Positions 39,190 to 52,035 of a stretch of 64,000 bases of DNA are shown piece after piece. Under the pieces are notes generated by a model. The model was given only the letters and a program-made list of their open reading frames with translations, was not told the DNA's origin and did not search any database. The first letter of the stretch is position 1, and the number at the start of each line of letters is the position of its first letter. Source of the stretch: Antedon mediterranea (lineage: Eukaryota > Animalia > Echinodermata). The stretch is from assembly GCF_964355755.1 (NCBI RefSeq), contig NC_092673.1, forward strand, positions 5,332,001 to 5,396,000. The letters are read 5' to 3'. The translations under genes were made by a program, and so were the position numbers.

Positions 39190-40050
39190 TTTAGGGAGTT
39201 GTTCAATAGGATGAGCAATTTCATACCAAAACAGGACACCTTATTTTGGGAAATGTTGTTTGTTGTTTTCAGGGACGAGTACAATCATGTAGTACTATTT
39301 ACTAAGTAATTGAACAAAATATAGTTAATCCATCTTATCAACTAATCATGGTCTAAAAGCGATGTGTTATTTATAGTGCTTGCCTATTAAGTATTATTAT
39401 TGAACAAAATATATGTGTTTTGAGTGGAGTATTTCTGTCTGTTTCAATAGCTTCCCTCCAGAAAATGATTTGCAGTCATATTTTTTTTGCCAAACCTACT
39501 GTACATTAAGATAGGTATATTAAATTTTGTGTATTTTTCACAAATTTGGTCCACAATTGGAGATGATGATCTATTGATTGATAAATTATTCATCAGCCAT
39601 ATTTTTTCATTCTGATGTTAAGGTGAAACTGAAAGCTTTAAGATGTAACTAACAAACAAATAAAATTAAATCTTTGAAAACAAATTAAGTTTGCTAGGCC
39701 AAGATTGTACAAACTAGCAAATAAAAAGTTATATGGTTTTACAAATCCAAGGATACTGACTTGCCTGGTGTTGTTACAACCTTGAGTTGGTTAATTTGTA
39801 CAAAGCATGTAGGGCATTATGTTGTAAAAACTTGTTTAACAATTTCACTAAATTAACAACATAATCGAAATTTCTTAGAAAATTATGGATAATTTAGCTG
39901 TCCTCGGTGTTAGTGCTAATGTGCCCTTCAACTCATAAAATGTTACAATTTTTTCCTTATTTAATATTAGCAATAATGAAAGAATTTTATGGTTGTGAAT
40001 TGTTCCAAACCTGAAATATTTGGAATACTTGGTGTATGGTAGTATCTGCA
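39190..40050 (-). mobile_element. Highly decayed CR1/L2-type LINE ORF2 3' remnant
   Basis: Scattered broken minus-strand traces resembling LNI.K.K.M, ID..L.W and WN.LP in the expected order; no intact ORF. Confidence 0.3.
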
Positions 40051-40724
40051 AAAAGACTTGTACCCAGAACTTCTAGTTAACGTACTGGGATTGTACTGTA
40101 CCCCTAGACCACCTAGCTTGTTCTTGAAATAATTTTATAAATTCTAGTTCCATTTACAGTACTCTTTTTCAGGTATTTTTTTCATTTGTATTCAATAATA
40201 TTGTTGCAGTCCCAACCCCATTACCAGCAACTAAATTGTATGACTTGAGTTTTATTTACAATTATAACCATTTTCATTATTCTGCACTGGGAATTATTTA
40301 ATATTAAATGTTTTGATGTACAGATATTTCATATAATTATGTAAATTGGATGCATGACACAGATTAGAGGAAAAATGAAATGATCCACAATTCATTTTTA
40401 TAGATCTTTAATAAAAAATATCCATTATGAAAATTCAGATTGTTATTTTTAGCTCATAATGATAATAAAAATCTACTAATGTACAGAGTGCTTTGTTTCC
40501 ATAGTAATATTGATTTTGATATGATATCGTATAATTATAATAACATATTTACAACCTGTTTTGTTAGGCAGATTTTTCAAATTGTTATTGCAACACAAAG
40601 TCAATTTGGTGACTTTTGTCCGATGCTACTACTACCATAAAATTCCTCTAAAACCAGATTACAGATTAATTACTGGTCATTTTGTCATCATGTCATTTTA
40701 CTCTTTCATCTCCAGCCTCAAGTT

Positions 40725-41225
40725 CCATCTTTTGATGTCCTCTCCAACCTTTAATATACATTGATGACCTCATACTTCTACTTCCAACCTTTAATACCCA
40801 TCTGTTGATGTCCTCTTACCATAGAGATATTATATTGAATTATAATATCTCTATGCTCTTACCCATCCACCTTCAACCTCTACTAGTTGTTACATCTTTT
40901 GATCCTCTCTCTTACAACTACAACCAATTTACATCTGTTGATGTCCTCCTACCCATCCACCTTTAACCGCTACTAGTTGTTACATCTTTTATGTCCTCTC
41001 TCTTCCAACTCCTATCTCTAATCTACATTTTTTTATGTCCTCTTACCCAGCCACCTTTAACCTCTACCAGTAGTTACATCTTTTTTGTCCTCTTACTCTT
41101 CCAACTCCAACGTCTAATTCCCATCTTTTGATGTCCTCTTACTCTTCCAACTCCAACCTCTAATTTCTATCTGTTGACGTCCTCTTCCATCCACTTTCAA
41201 CATCTACTTCCACCTTCAACCAGTA
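40725..41225. repeat. Degenerate pyrimidine-rich minisatellite (catct.ttgatgtcctct...ccaacct, about 35-45 bp)
   Basis: About 10 recurrences; a second array of the same family lies at 41750-42140. Confidence 0.85.
40820..40855. mobile_element. 36-bp palindromic insertion with 7-bp TSD (P-superfamily-like ends)
   Basis: catagagatattata-ttgaat-tataatatctctatg between ctcttac at 40813-40819 and 40856-40862; neighbouring repeat units show the empty site. Confidence 0.75.
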
Positions 41226-41749
41226 ATTCCAGCCATCTCTGCAGAACCACAGCAACCACAGTGCAACACTTAGCATGAGCAAATAACATTGGCTGTTCCC
41301 ATATCCCATCCTCTCCCACCATTTTGATTTGCTGAATTATCAAAGTGGTAGGATCCATTAACTAACAATATTAAATTGATTGTTTTGAAGTTTCACACAA
41401 GTTCAAATTACATATTTTATTGGTACAACGCAAGGTATTATGTATAAAACCCCTATCAACGCCTCAAAGTAATTGTTATTAATTAACACCCATGAATAAT
41501 TGTTACTTTTCACCGCCCACAATTAATACTTGTGATTTTGTTTAATTCTATCTAGTTGTACTTGACGTTTCAGGTTACGTGGAGTTGATTTTTCGACTTG
41601 TATTCTGTTCCGCATAAACGATTTTTGGTCAGCAAACATCCTATTTCAACCGGAAAGAAAAACAAGTACCGTAAAGAGAAAGCACCATATTCAAACTAGA
41701 TACTACTAACGATTAATTTCCCAATATATTTTTTTATGTCATTTTAGAC

Positions 41750-42140
41750 TCCATCCTCTACGTTCTGTCTTTTGATATCCTCTAAGGCTTTTACATTAAA
41801 CCACTATTTTCCGTCTTTTGACTCCCTCTTAGGCTTCCATCTCCAACCTCTAAGTCTATTTTTTGATGTCCTCTCAGGCTCTACCACCAACATCAAGTTT
41901 TGTCTTTTGATGTCCTCAAATCTTCTACCACCAACTCTTCTACCACCAACTTCTAAGTTTTGTGTTTTGTGATGTCCTCTTACTCTTCCACTGCCAACAT
42001 CTAATTTTCCATCTTTCGATGTCCTCTTACCATTCTACTTCCAACCTTCCGTCTTTTGATGTCCTCAACTCTTCTACCACCAACATCTAAGTTTCGTCTA
42101 TTGATGTCTCCTTACTGTTCCATCTTTGGATGTCCTGTTT
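41750..42140. repeat. Second array of the ttttgatgtcctc minisatellite
   Basis: Recurrent cttttgatgtcctc...ccaacatctaa. Confidence 0.8.
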
Positions 42141-42243
42141 CTTTTTCCTTTCTATTCCAAAAGTTTTCACAATCCTTGGTATTATTTTACTTTGTATAGA
42201 GTTTTGTAGTTTACTGTTTTTCAGTAACTTATGTATTGCTTAA

Positions 42244-42869
42244 AGACCCCTTCCCTGCAATTTTGGACGGTTTTTGGAAAATAATACATATATATCACTT
42301 TAAAAACATTAAATCATGTCATTCCTTGTCTTAAATGTACGTTTTATGGTAAATTATGATAAAAAGTGAGAAACAATGCACTACCTAAGTAGCTCGCGGC
42401 GATCGACCTCTCGTGGACGGTCTTAGGCCTAGCCTAGCTAGGCTTAGTTTTGTAGGCCTAGCTGGTAAACATCGGTAATGTACGAACATCATACGCTAGC
42501 TATATACCTAGCCTGACGTTGTATAGTTGCTGCATTAATTGTCTTTCTATTTTTGCCAGACTCCGTTGATACAAATTGGGGAAAACCCGATATTTTCGCC
42601 GGAAAGTTAGGAGTCTTCCATTTGTTTTGGCCTCACAATCGATCGAAAAGTGGGCGAATTACAGGTGAAAAACAAAAATATCAATCCGCGCGCAATGCAT
42701 TTTGGGATTTATAGCGGGCCGCTATGATTATTAGAATCGACTTATTTTTTACATTTTTAACCGTTTAAAGACGAAAAAAGTTATCGCAATAGGACCATAT
42801 AGTATTATTTTTACATTAAATATAGTTGGTGATCTTAAATTAGATCTAAAAAACGTAGGGAAGGGGGCT
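42244..42869. mobile_element. TTAA-targeting non-autonomous DNA transposon (Kolobok-like), family D
   Basis: TIR agaccccttccctgc / gtagggaagggggct (13 of 15 match); TTAA at 42240-42243 and 42870-42873; CpG-richer interior. Confidence 0.8.
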
Positions 42870-43779
42870 TTAAACTGAATAAATCAAATAAAATAATAAT
42901 TCTACTTTAATTAATATTTGTTGGAATTGAAATGCTTGAGTAGCAAAGATCATTGCAAAGAAAAACATTTCTTAACAATAGCGGACATCTAAAACCCTGA
43001 TTCCTATTACTCCTCATTAACTTCCCATTACCAACAACAAATCTTGTTGTTCTTTATACTTATAATTCACATGAAAAAATATTCTGATTTAGTAAACGTC
43101 ACACCCAGGTGTTCGCATGAAAACCCGGCTAGCAACAGGTAGTGGTAAAAATTACACTTGGACAATACCACGTAAAAAGCGCTGGCTCTCAAGTGTAATC
43201 AGGCGAGTGAATTAATCTGCAGAATGCAGTGAACTGTGGGTAATGTTTGTTTTAATCTATGGATTGCTTTTAGGGATAATCAGCAATATAACCTAGAATA
43301 TTGATTCTTAAATAAAATGAGTCATTAAAAGAGTATTGTGTATAGATTTTTTATTAAATAACAATTTTTATTATGGTTTATTTTATTAACTTTCAATAGT
43401 AATTCGATTTAGTTATGGATAGTACCAATTCTTACTATAGCTACTACATACTTTGAAAGTAAACTTCATTTTGTGAAAGTACAATTTGTGACTATTTTAG
43501 TGCTACAATGTCATCCTTTAGACATCAAAAGAACATTTTGGGTATCTCCAAAAATACTACAATTCATTGTTAACTAACGAATGTAATTTATTTTGCGTTT
43601 GATGATTTAGATTCTGCAACAGTTTTTGTTGCCATATTATCTTGGAAATTTTCATTTTTCTAATATTTTCTATGAATTGAAATGATACTTACTGCCCTCT
43701 ATTGATGACAATTAATGAAATAATTTTGGGTAGAGATTATAAAATATAATTAGTTGTATTGTTTTGTAATTTGAAACGT

Positions 43780-44150
43780 TTGTTCTTTGACTCTGTTAAT
43801 TATTCGTTTAATGCAAATCAATTAACCGTTAACCGTTCCCCAAAAAAAAACATTTACAACTTCCTGAGGTTTGAGCCAATTAATATTTGCTTTATTTATC
43901 AATCAATTATTTGCCGCTGCAAACATTCTCTGCCGATTTCCAATTCTTTTTAAAATGTCTTCTTTTACACAATGACCATGTTTATTGTCCTGCATTTCGC
44001 ATTGTACCTTGTCTAAAATTGTGTATATTTAACATACGCCTTTCTATACAATATCCTAATTTCAATTTTCACAGAGGTCGTCCATATGTTTCCAATCAAT
44101 ACGCATAATAATATGCGAGGTAAGATGCATCTTTCTCTTCAAACATATCA
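43780..44150 (-). mobile_element. Decayed RTE-clade LINE C-terminal fragment
   Basis: Frame-broken minus-strand ERCILP...W...ERRMLNI...DKV...EDI...WK, resembling the RTE ORF tail. Confidence 0.5.
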
Positions 44151-45601
44151 CTTTTTGTCAGTCAGAATTTTGCAGTTGTGAAGGACCTGTGATTTTTTTT
44201 CTTTGTAACATATTATAGTGCCCTCTCCAGTTCACAACAACCATCTATGAATTGTCATGAAAGTGGAAGGCTAAAGTTCCATTCAATGATAAAATTCACT
44301 TGTTAGGTATTCAATTCAAAGTTTAATCTCCCAAAGCCATTATCGAGTAGAGTAGAGTTACTATTAGATGATGTTATTATTCTGCCTGAAAGGTTCAAGA
44401 TGGAAATATGCATTATTTGGTAGACCTTATCTCCTTACTTTTTTTTTATCATAGCCCCATCATAGTTATCTACTAAATCCATGTTACCTAAATTAACAAT
44501 TGTCCAGATAAGAGATCTAATGATGATGATGACAGCTATTGCATACATTGGTTGAAGTGACAGTTTTACTTTACTGTCTTTTCCTGTTCTTATGTAGGCC
44601 TATGCAAACTTGTTTAAATTACCTCTTTAACCATTTATCATATCTACTAAGTAGTGTGTGACTTATTATACCTACAAATGAACAATTATAAGACATTTTT
44701 CCCCTATTATAACGTTATTTTTTAGATCTAAAAAAGTGATAATGGTCAACTGTGAGAAAAATTAAAGGGAGTGGAGTTCATAAATCCATTTTAATTACTA
44801 GCATGTTGCAACACACCCTTACTTACAATTAAAGGATATAATTATAATACAGTACTGTATAATGTTACACTGTAATTAAAGGGTATTTGACTGGCGTTGA
44901 TCTTATCTTTTTTTTATCCCGCTTGTTTGATCTGCTAAACACTCCTTGAAAAGATCTAAACTGCTTTTCTCAGCCTTTCCATTCAGCTAAGATTAAGATA
45001 ATATTAATATAATCTGTCTTTTATGACTGATTCGGACATTCACTAAAACTGTATTCTTCCATAAGGCCATATATATATAAGTATAAACATGGAGTTGAAT
45101 TGAATTGAAATGTTTAGAATACACTTGGGTTCGTTAAAAAAAATTTAAGATCTTGGATGTCCAAACAAATCTTCAGGGTACATGCCGGTCCTTGTAGTAA
45201 CCTTTCACATATAAATCTACTAAAAAGTTTAAGAAAAATTTATAGTCAAAATATTGTTCTCAGTTTTTGTTTGCATTTAATTTTGATACTGCTGCATTTT
45301 AAGCTAATAAAGTCATTAGACAAAAACTACTTGGATTCAGAAATATATCCATTCGAATAATATGCATTGATCATTTTATATTGTTGATATAAGTTGTATG
45401 AATCTTTCATTTTGTTTATACAGGTGCCATATTTTCTAGACAACATTTTACCTTACTCTACCGGGAATTATTTGTTCTTGGTCATTTTTATAAATGGCAT
45501 TTAAGAACTGAAAAGTGAAATTAGTGTACTCATAAAAAAATCATAACATTTTAAGTTAGACATGTAAAATATTTTATGTCTTAAGTTGACAGACTTATTA
45601 A

Positions 45602-45947
45602 AGATGTATTGTCCCCCTGAAAAATATTTTTTTTTTAAATTTTTGTTGTTGAATATGCCATTTTAATGTCACATAATAGTTATTGACTTCGTCCAAAAAT
45701 TGGATAAAAAAAAATTATTTACCTAAAAAAATGGAATTTAAAGCAAAAAATTGTCAAATTGGCTGCCAGCCAATGAATTTTTGGTTGAATTTAACCATTT
45801 ATCATGTTATTTTATAAGTGAAAACATCATTTTTCCCGTTTTTTTTTTCTATGGAAGTGATTCACTTTATTAAAACTACAAAATAACCTATTCAAAGTCT
45901 GATTTAAATAATCTTCATTTTTCATGTTTTTGGGGGACAATGCATCT
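45602..45947. mobile_element. Family C (Kolobok-like) element, full length, inverted relative to 9173
   Basis: TTAA at 45598-45601 and 45948-45951; agatgtattgtcccc / ggggacaatgcatct. Confidence 0.88.
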
Positions 45948-46158
45948 TTAAATGTCTACCTTATCTTGTGTTAGGAATTTTTAAATATATTTTAATATGC
46001 AATTTAAAGGAAAGGGCAAGGGAAATATCCGAAATATTCCAATGATTCCCTTCATAAAGAGGTCCTCCCCACTCACATCGCCAACCACAATTGCGGAAAA
46101 TTGTATTAGAAGGTGGTTTGCAAGCCTCTATAGTTTTAAAGTATCTAATGGAGTACAG

Positions 46159-46371
46159 TATAGAGTATCACGGTGCTGACGTCACGACGGTAGGTGGCGC
46201 TGCGCTGCGCTGCGTGGTTCAAAAATGCGTTTAGCTAGCTTAGATACATAATTTGATAGAAATACAGATCTTTATTGTTTATCAACATAGTAGCGCTGAA
46301 CGCATTTTTTGGTTGGCTAGCAACCATGCAAGGCCCTCCATTGTTGTAACGTCACACCGTGATACTCTATA
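46159..46371. mobile_element. MITE with TATAGAGTATCACGGTG TIRs
   Basis: tatagagtatcacggtgctgacgtcac / gtaacgtcacaccgtgatactctata; TA-type flanks; superfamily unassigned. Confidence 0.8.
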
Positions 46372-49329
46372 TGTGGACTTCTTTAGAGTATTCTGATATT
46401 TTTTAACACCCATTTCTTCCATGCACAAGTTCTTATTAGAAGGATGGTTGCTTGTGGGAGATTCCATTAGTTTGACCCAATTGATGTTTACGCCTATGGC
46501 TTGATAATTGTAATAGTTATATGAAGGATTGCCTACTTAATCATAAGAAGAGATGTTTACAGATACAATTATTTATATGTGTACGTGACTTGAAAGAATA
46601 AATAATGCATAAATAAATATGGAAATAGATAATAATTAATGAATGAAAAAGCTATACATAGTGAGATACTGTTTAATATTCTGGTGAAGTGATCTTAGAA
46701 AATTTAGTTATTTTGAATTTAATAAAAAGAACTGTTTTTATTCATTTTTCATATAAATCCAGTTGAGCCTAGCCATTATATTGTGACCTACTTATATTCA
46801 TAAGGTATCATGAATATATAGATGGATTTGTAATATTTTCAAACGTGCTAAGTATTCCACACATAATATTTCTACAACTTCTTCTGCATCTCCTTGTTGA
46901 TAATTATATACAAACAACTCCTTTTTCGCCATCTTTTTTGTTTCTTTGTGTTGGCATCCTGTTGTTTTCCAGTAAAATATTTTCTACCCACAGCTTAGTT
47001 CTCCTTCTCCTGGCAATTGTTGTCTTCTTTGATCTGCTTTCAGCAGCCTAAAAAACAATTGACCGCCACAAGATTATCCCGCTTAACACTTGCGGCTACA
47101 CTGTATCACCACCCCACAAGATGTGAACCTCCCTCTCAAGAAACCTATAATATTGATCATTAGTCAATTCTTTTTTGTTAATAGTCGAAAGTAAAATAGT
47201 GTTTCTTTGTAAATTAAAAGGTGTTTATTAGCTTCTCCAGATTTTGAAGATATCAACTTAAGTAGTGAGTTATTAAGTTATTAGCTTTCATTAGACTTCT
47301 TAGAAACTTGATGGTCTTAACTCAAGTAAAACTAATTTGCATAATAATTAACAAGTCACTTACATTACAATGGGAGCCTTCCATTTTTTATATAGGGATG
47401 TTCATAATAAAATATTTGTTTTGACATTTGTTTCTATTTCGCCATATGACTTAAATATACTACAAATATGAACATGAAAAAAGTAATTAGTATGCATATA
47501 GGAAAACAATACAGGTATTGTTGTAAAGGAGTAATATTGAGTTTCTTTTCCTCCTGTAATACATTTCCTTTTTTTTTAAAGTGAACTGGTCCGTGTCAAG
47601 TTTATCTATGTCTACTATCTATATATAATCTGTCTAAATTCTTCTTAAATTTGAAGCTGAAAGTGCCAGAGCATTTTCATTCATCACACATGCTGTACGG
47701 ATGTTCAGGACATGTAGTAGTTATCCATTTGAAAATGTTACATTATTAAGCATATAGTTGAGTTACTAATACTAGTAGAGAATACTAAGTGCCAGCTAGT
47801 TTAGGATTCATAAGGTACAGTATGTTCGTATCACTTTAATGTATTATTTATCAGGGTAAACTTAACCGGCTTTTGACAGGTAAAATATTGTGAATACATA
47901 AATAATATTTGTTTGTCATTATTGGTATTATGATATGAAATTGAAAGGAGAAATAGCGTACTGTACATTACGCTATAAATGCGTTGTTGGTATCCAGAAA
48001 TTGTTCTGATTGTGTTCTTTTTCATTTTTTCTTTCACTGCAAGCCATTGCTAGTGTTTTTAATCTGAATCTGTATTACTATATTTAACAAAATATTGAGA
48101 ACATTTTCTTTAATTGGTGTTTTATATTGCCAGAGATCACATGGCGTAAACCATTGCGATGTGTTTCAAGGCAAGTTTAAAACGAAGAAAACGAAGAAGT
48201 TGATTACCATTACAGGTGTTTCATCAAGGACATTTCTACCTTCAGTTGGTCCCCTTTTCTATACCCTTCATCCCCCCTTTCCATTAAAAAAAAACATTTT
48301 AATCAAGAAGCATAGATGATCATGCTATGTTGTTGAATGCAGTTTATAGTTCATGGCCACCGGAAGGTCAATGACTTTAATGTTTTCAAAGTACAGTTAT
48401 GTTTTTTTTATTTCATAATTATAATCGTTTGGGTCTGTGGCTTGTTGATATCACTAATGGTAAAGCATTAAGGACATGAGTAAACAAGGAATATTTCTTA
48501 CAAAAAACGCTGCTCGCTTATTGAAAAATATTTTTTATTTCAAATGTCTTTGAATGTGTCATTTTATTGAATGTCACATAATAGTTATTTTACCTGAAAA
48601 AAATGTAACTTAAAGCAACAAATACTTTTTGGGTTTCTTTTCTCTTTTTATATGTGAATAAATATTATTTTTTTGTTACAGAAGTGAATACTCAATTTCT
48701 GTCACTTTAGTTAATTTTGTTGCTAAGGTCAAGTCTGGGGGTCACTTTAGATATTTTAAGTGGGAAGTATCCTATTAGCATGACATGTCCTAATAGACTC
48801 TTTTCCCAGACGTTTTTTCGGTCTACTGTAGCAGCTGGAATCAATAAATTATAGTAGGGTTTCCATTTTCGCAAAACTGTCGTCCTTAGAACTATAACTG
48901 CTGCTTGCTTTAGCTTCTGATTGAGTAGTCCTAATGGGACGTAGCGGGCTAGAGCAGCAGCGTGAAAAATATCTCTTTATAACTTTTTCTCAACCATAAA
49001 ACCTTTGAACCATTTTTGTACCACTTTACAATTTATGGCAGATTCTTCAAAGTAGACAGCTACATGGAGAATATTTATTGATTCAAAAAAGTGTTAGCAA
49101 TGTAAGAATATAAAGTTTCTTCTTTATACATTTCAACGAAAAACATTCAGTGAATTGACTTTGGGTTTAATCTCCATTAGCTCCTGTCCATCCATCATTG
49201 CTTAAAGTAGGTCGCCTAACGATTTTTTTTATCTCTTTGAAATATATATTAAGTTTACCTATAAATCTCCTTACGTTCTACATTGTATAAATAATCATAT
49301 TGAATCTAAAATATGCCAATCTAAATTGT

Positions 49330-49855
49330 TTTGTGAATAAAAATAATTAGTCTCATTTTCTTGCTCTTCAGATGGGATGTTAAGCTACTGTATTGGGTTT
49401 CATTCCATTTTGTGGTATTTTTGTCTTGTGAATAGATGCATCCATCTTCTTTCTCGCTTTACAGATAGGATTTTAAGCTCTTGGCTTTCATTCTATTTGT
49501 GGTACAATCACATTTTATAATTTTCTTGTGAATATATGTATCAATCTTTTTTCTTGCTCTTCAGAGTGGATGTTAAGGCTGTTAGCTTTCATTCTATTTG
49601 TGGTACAATCACGTTTTATAATTGTCTTGTGAATAGATGCATCCATCTTCTTTCTCGCTCTTCAGATTAGATGTTAAGCTGTTGGTTTTTATTCTATTTG
49701 TGGTACAATCACGTTTTATAATTGTCTTGTGAATAGATGCATCCATCTTCTTTCTCGCTCTTCAGATTAGATGTTAAGCTGTTGGTTTTTATTCTATTTG
49801 TGGTACAATCACATTTATAATCGTTTTGTGAATAGATGCATCCATCTTCTTTCTT
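49330..49855. repeat. Tandem repeat, about 100-bp unit, about 5.3 copies
   Basis: ttgtgaata recurs at about 49426, 49527, 49627, 49727 and 49826; two units are essentially identical. Confidence 0.92.
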
Positions 49856-51478
49856 TACTCATACAAAATACTAGAAATATTAAATTCATAAAAATATGTT
49901 TTCAAAATTTACTTAAATTTGATCAAACATATAATTCGATAAATTTGTAACATACCTACATTCCCTCTAATAATTTTGTGAAATTTATATTTAAATTTAC
50001 TTACAGTATATAATACGTATTGACAAATTGTTTGTGTTTCTGACCTGGCAAATATTACACTTAATTATAACAAATTTGTCTTTCAGAAGAAATTTTCAAT
50101 TATAAATATTTGATATTGTAAAACACTGAGTGGCAAATGTCATACCAAGAAAATTTCAAACATCAAATGTGAAACTTGACCTTTAACCTATCTGCAATTC
50201 AATACTACAATAATATAAACAGGATTTACATTCAGTTATAATACATTTACATAAGTTATATAATAGATATTTAATTAATATTTTCTAAATGCAAATACTG
50301 ATAGTAGTATCTATAAAAATATAAAGCACACAAGAAGATTGTCTTCTACTCTTTAATATGGTGCAGCAGGTTCATGCACATGCCTTGATATTGTCCATTC
50401 AGGGACAAACGTCCATCTGAATGAACGAGGAAATACAATCAACACCACAAATGCACAGTAATACCAGCAATGCAAGTCTTGGACTTGTGCCTTCTCCAAC
50501 ATAATTCTGATTCCTTATCATTTCTTCTCACTTAATGCATTAATTTCCAGTAGCTTGGGTGTCTGTACTGTATTACTGTTGCCAAGATGGCCGTGCATGT
50601 CTGAACTTGGGCTTTCTCCTACATAAGTCTGGTTTCTTACCATTACGCCACGTTTTTTTCTCACTTAATGTATTCATTTCCAGAAGTTTGGATAGAGATG
50701 CCGTTTGGATTTGAGAGACATGCCCTTTAGAAATGGTTGTCAATGACAGCTCTTGTCTCTCCTCAGTTCTCCAAATTATAAATAATATGTATTGCTGTTT
50801 TGCCCAAGATACCAATGTAAGTCTGAACTTTGGTCTTCAACTACACCAGTTTTATTCCTTACCATTGTGCCACATCTTATTTTCACTTAGCGCATCAATT
50901 TCCAGCAGTTTTGATATATATTACTATTGCCAAGATTTATCTAATAATAGATAGTTAACTTTAAATGTTTTATTAGTCTATTCACAGTTTTGACAGTCCA
51001 GTTTTAATGTCGTTAAAGAAGAGTTATAGTGCTAGCTATTTAAGTTGTAAATTTATTTGCAATGTTCGTTTCTACGTTTTACAATTTGTATGTTATTGAT
51101 GATCTAAAGAGACCATTGAAACGTATTGAAAGAGTTGAATTTAAAAAGTTATCTCTCTGTAGAATTCTGTATTTATTATACATATTTAGCACATGGCTCA
51201 GACCTGTCGAGCCTTTTGCACATTACCATAAGACTTTTTATACATGGTTTTTACCAGGCAATATTTCTATTTGTCATTTAACTACAGTTACTGTACTGTA
51301 TAATAAGCCTTACGTTTTTTTTTATGGACAAATTAGGTCCCTGTTCATAAATACTGTAGTAAATTTGGTCTTTGATAAACCTTTCTGATAACATCCCCTT
51401 CAAAGTCTTCCATGCAGCATAGACTTAAAGTCCAATTTCTACTTAAGAAACGGTACCTTATCATAATGTTTTATGTTC

Positions 51479-51622
51479 CAGTGATGTAGCCACAAGATAT
51501 AAAGTGGTCCGGTTTTCGTAAGAAAAGGGAACAATCTCTGTTCAAGTCTGGGTTTTAAAAGGCCTCTGTGAAAAAGTGGTCAGGTTAAAACCTTACCAAC
51601 TCTACTGGTGGCTACGACCCCG
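51479..51622. mobile_element. hAT-like MITE, family E, with apparent 5-bp TSD
   Basis: cagtgatgtagccac ... gtggctacgaccccg between tgttc repeats; inverted copy at 61805-61944. Confidence 0.7.
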
Positions 51623-52035
51623 TGTTCTATTAAGTTATTTTGCAGTACTTCTACATTTTTTATAAGAAGCAGTCAATTTGTTGTTTTTTGGCCAATATCA
51701 GCCTTCTAATTAAATATGTTTAAAATATACAAAAATTGATGAGATTGCATCTTCAGGGATTGTTTTTTGTTAGCCATTTCTGTCTCTTTTAGTTTTACTT
51801 TTTTAAATTAGATTAATTTTTTATTTCTGTTTAAATGCCGTTTTTTATCTACAGTATTGTTGAATTCAAATTCAAAATTAACATTTATGGTGGCGTCTTG
51901 TGTCAGGGACACCAAATTGATGAGATTGCATCTTCAGGGATTTTTTTTTTTGTTAGCCATTTCTGTCTCTTTTAGTGTTACTTTTTTTAATTAGATTAAT
52001 TTATTGTTTCTGTTTAAATGCCGTTTTTTATCTAA

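Noticed and set aside
46890-47050. Minus-strand exon-like stretch after ttttttag (AAESRSKKTTIARRRRTKLW...)
   Set aside because: No recognisable homology or partner exons; hits a stop after about 47 codons.
48710-48980. About 85 stop-free codons on the minus strand
   Set aside because: No early start codon, splice context or motif recognised.
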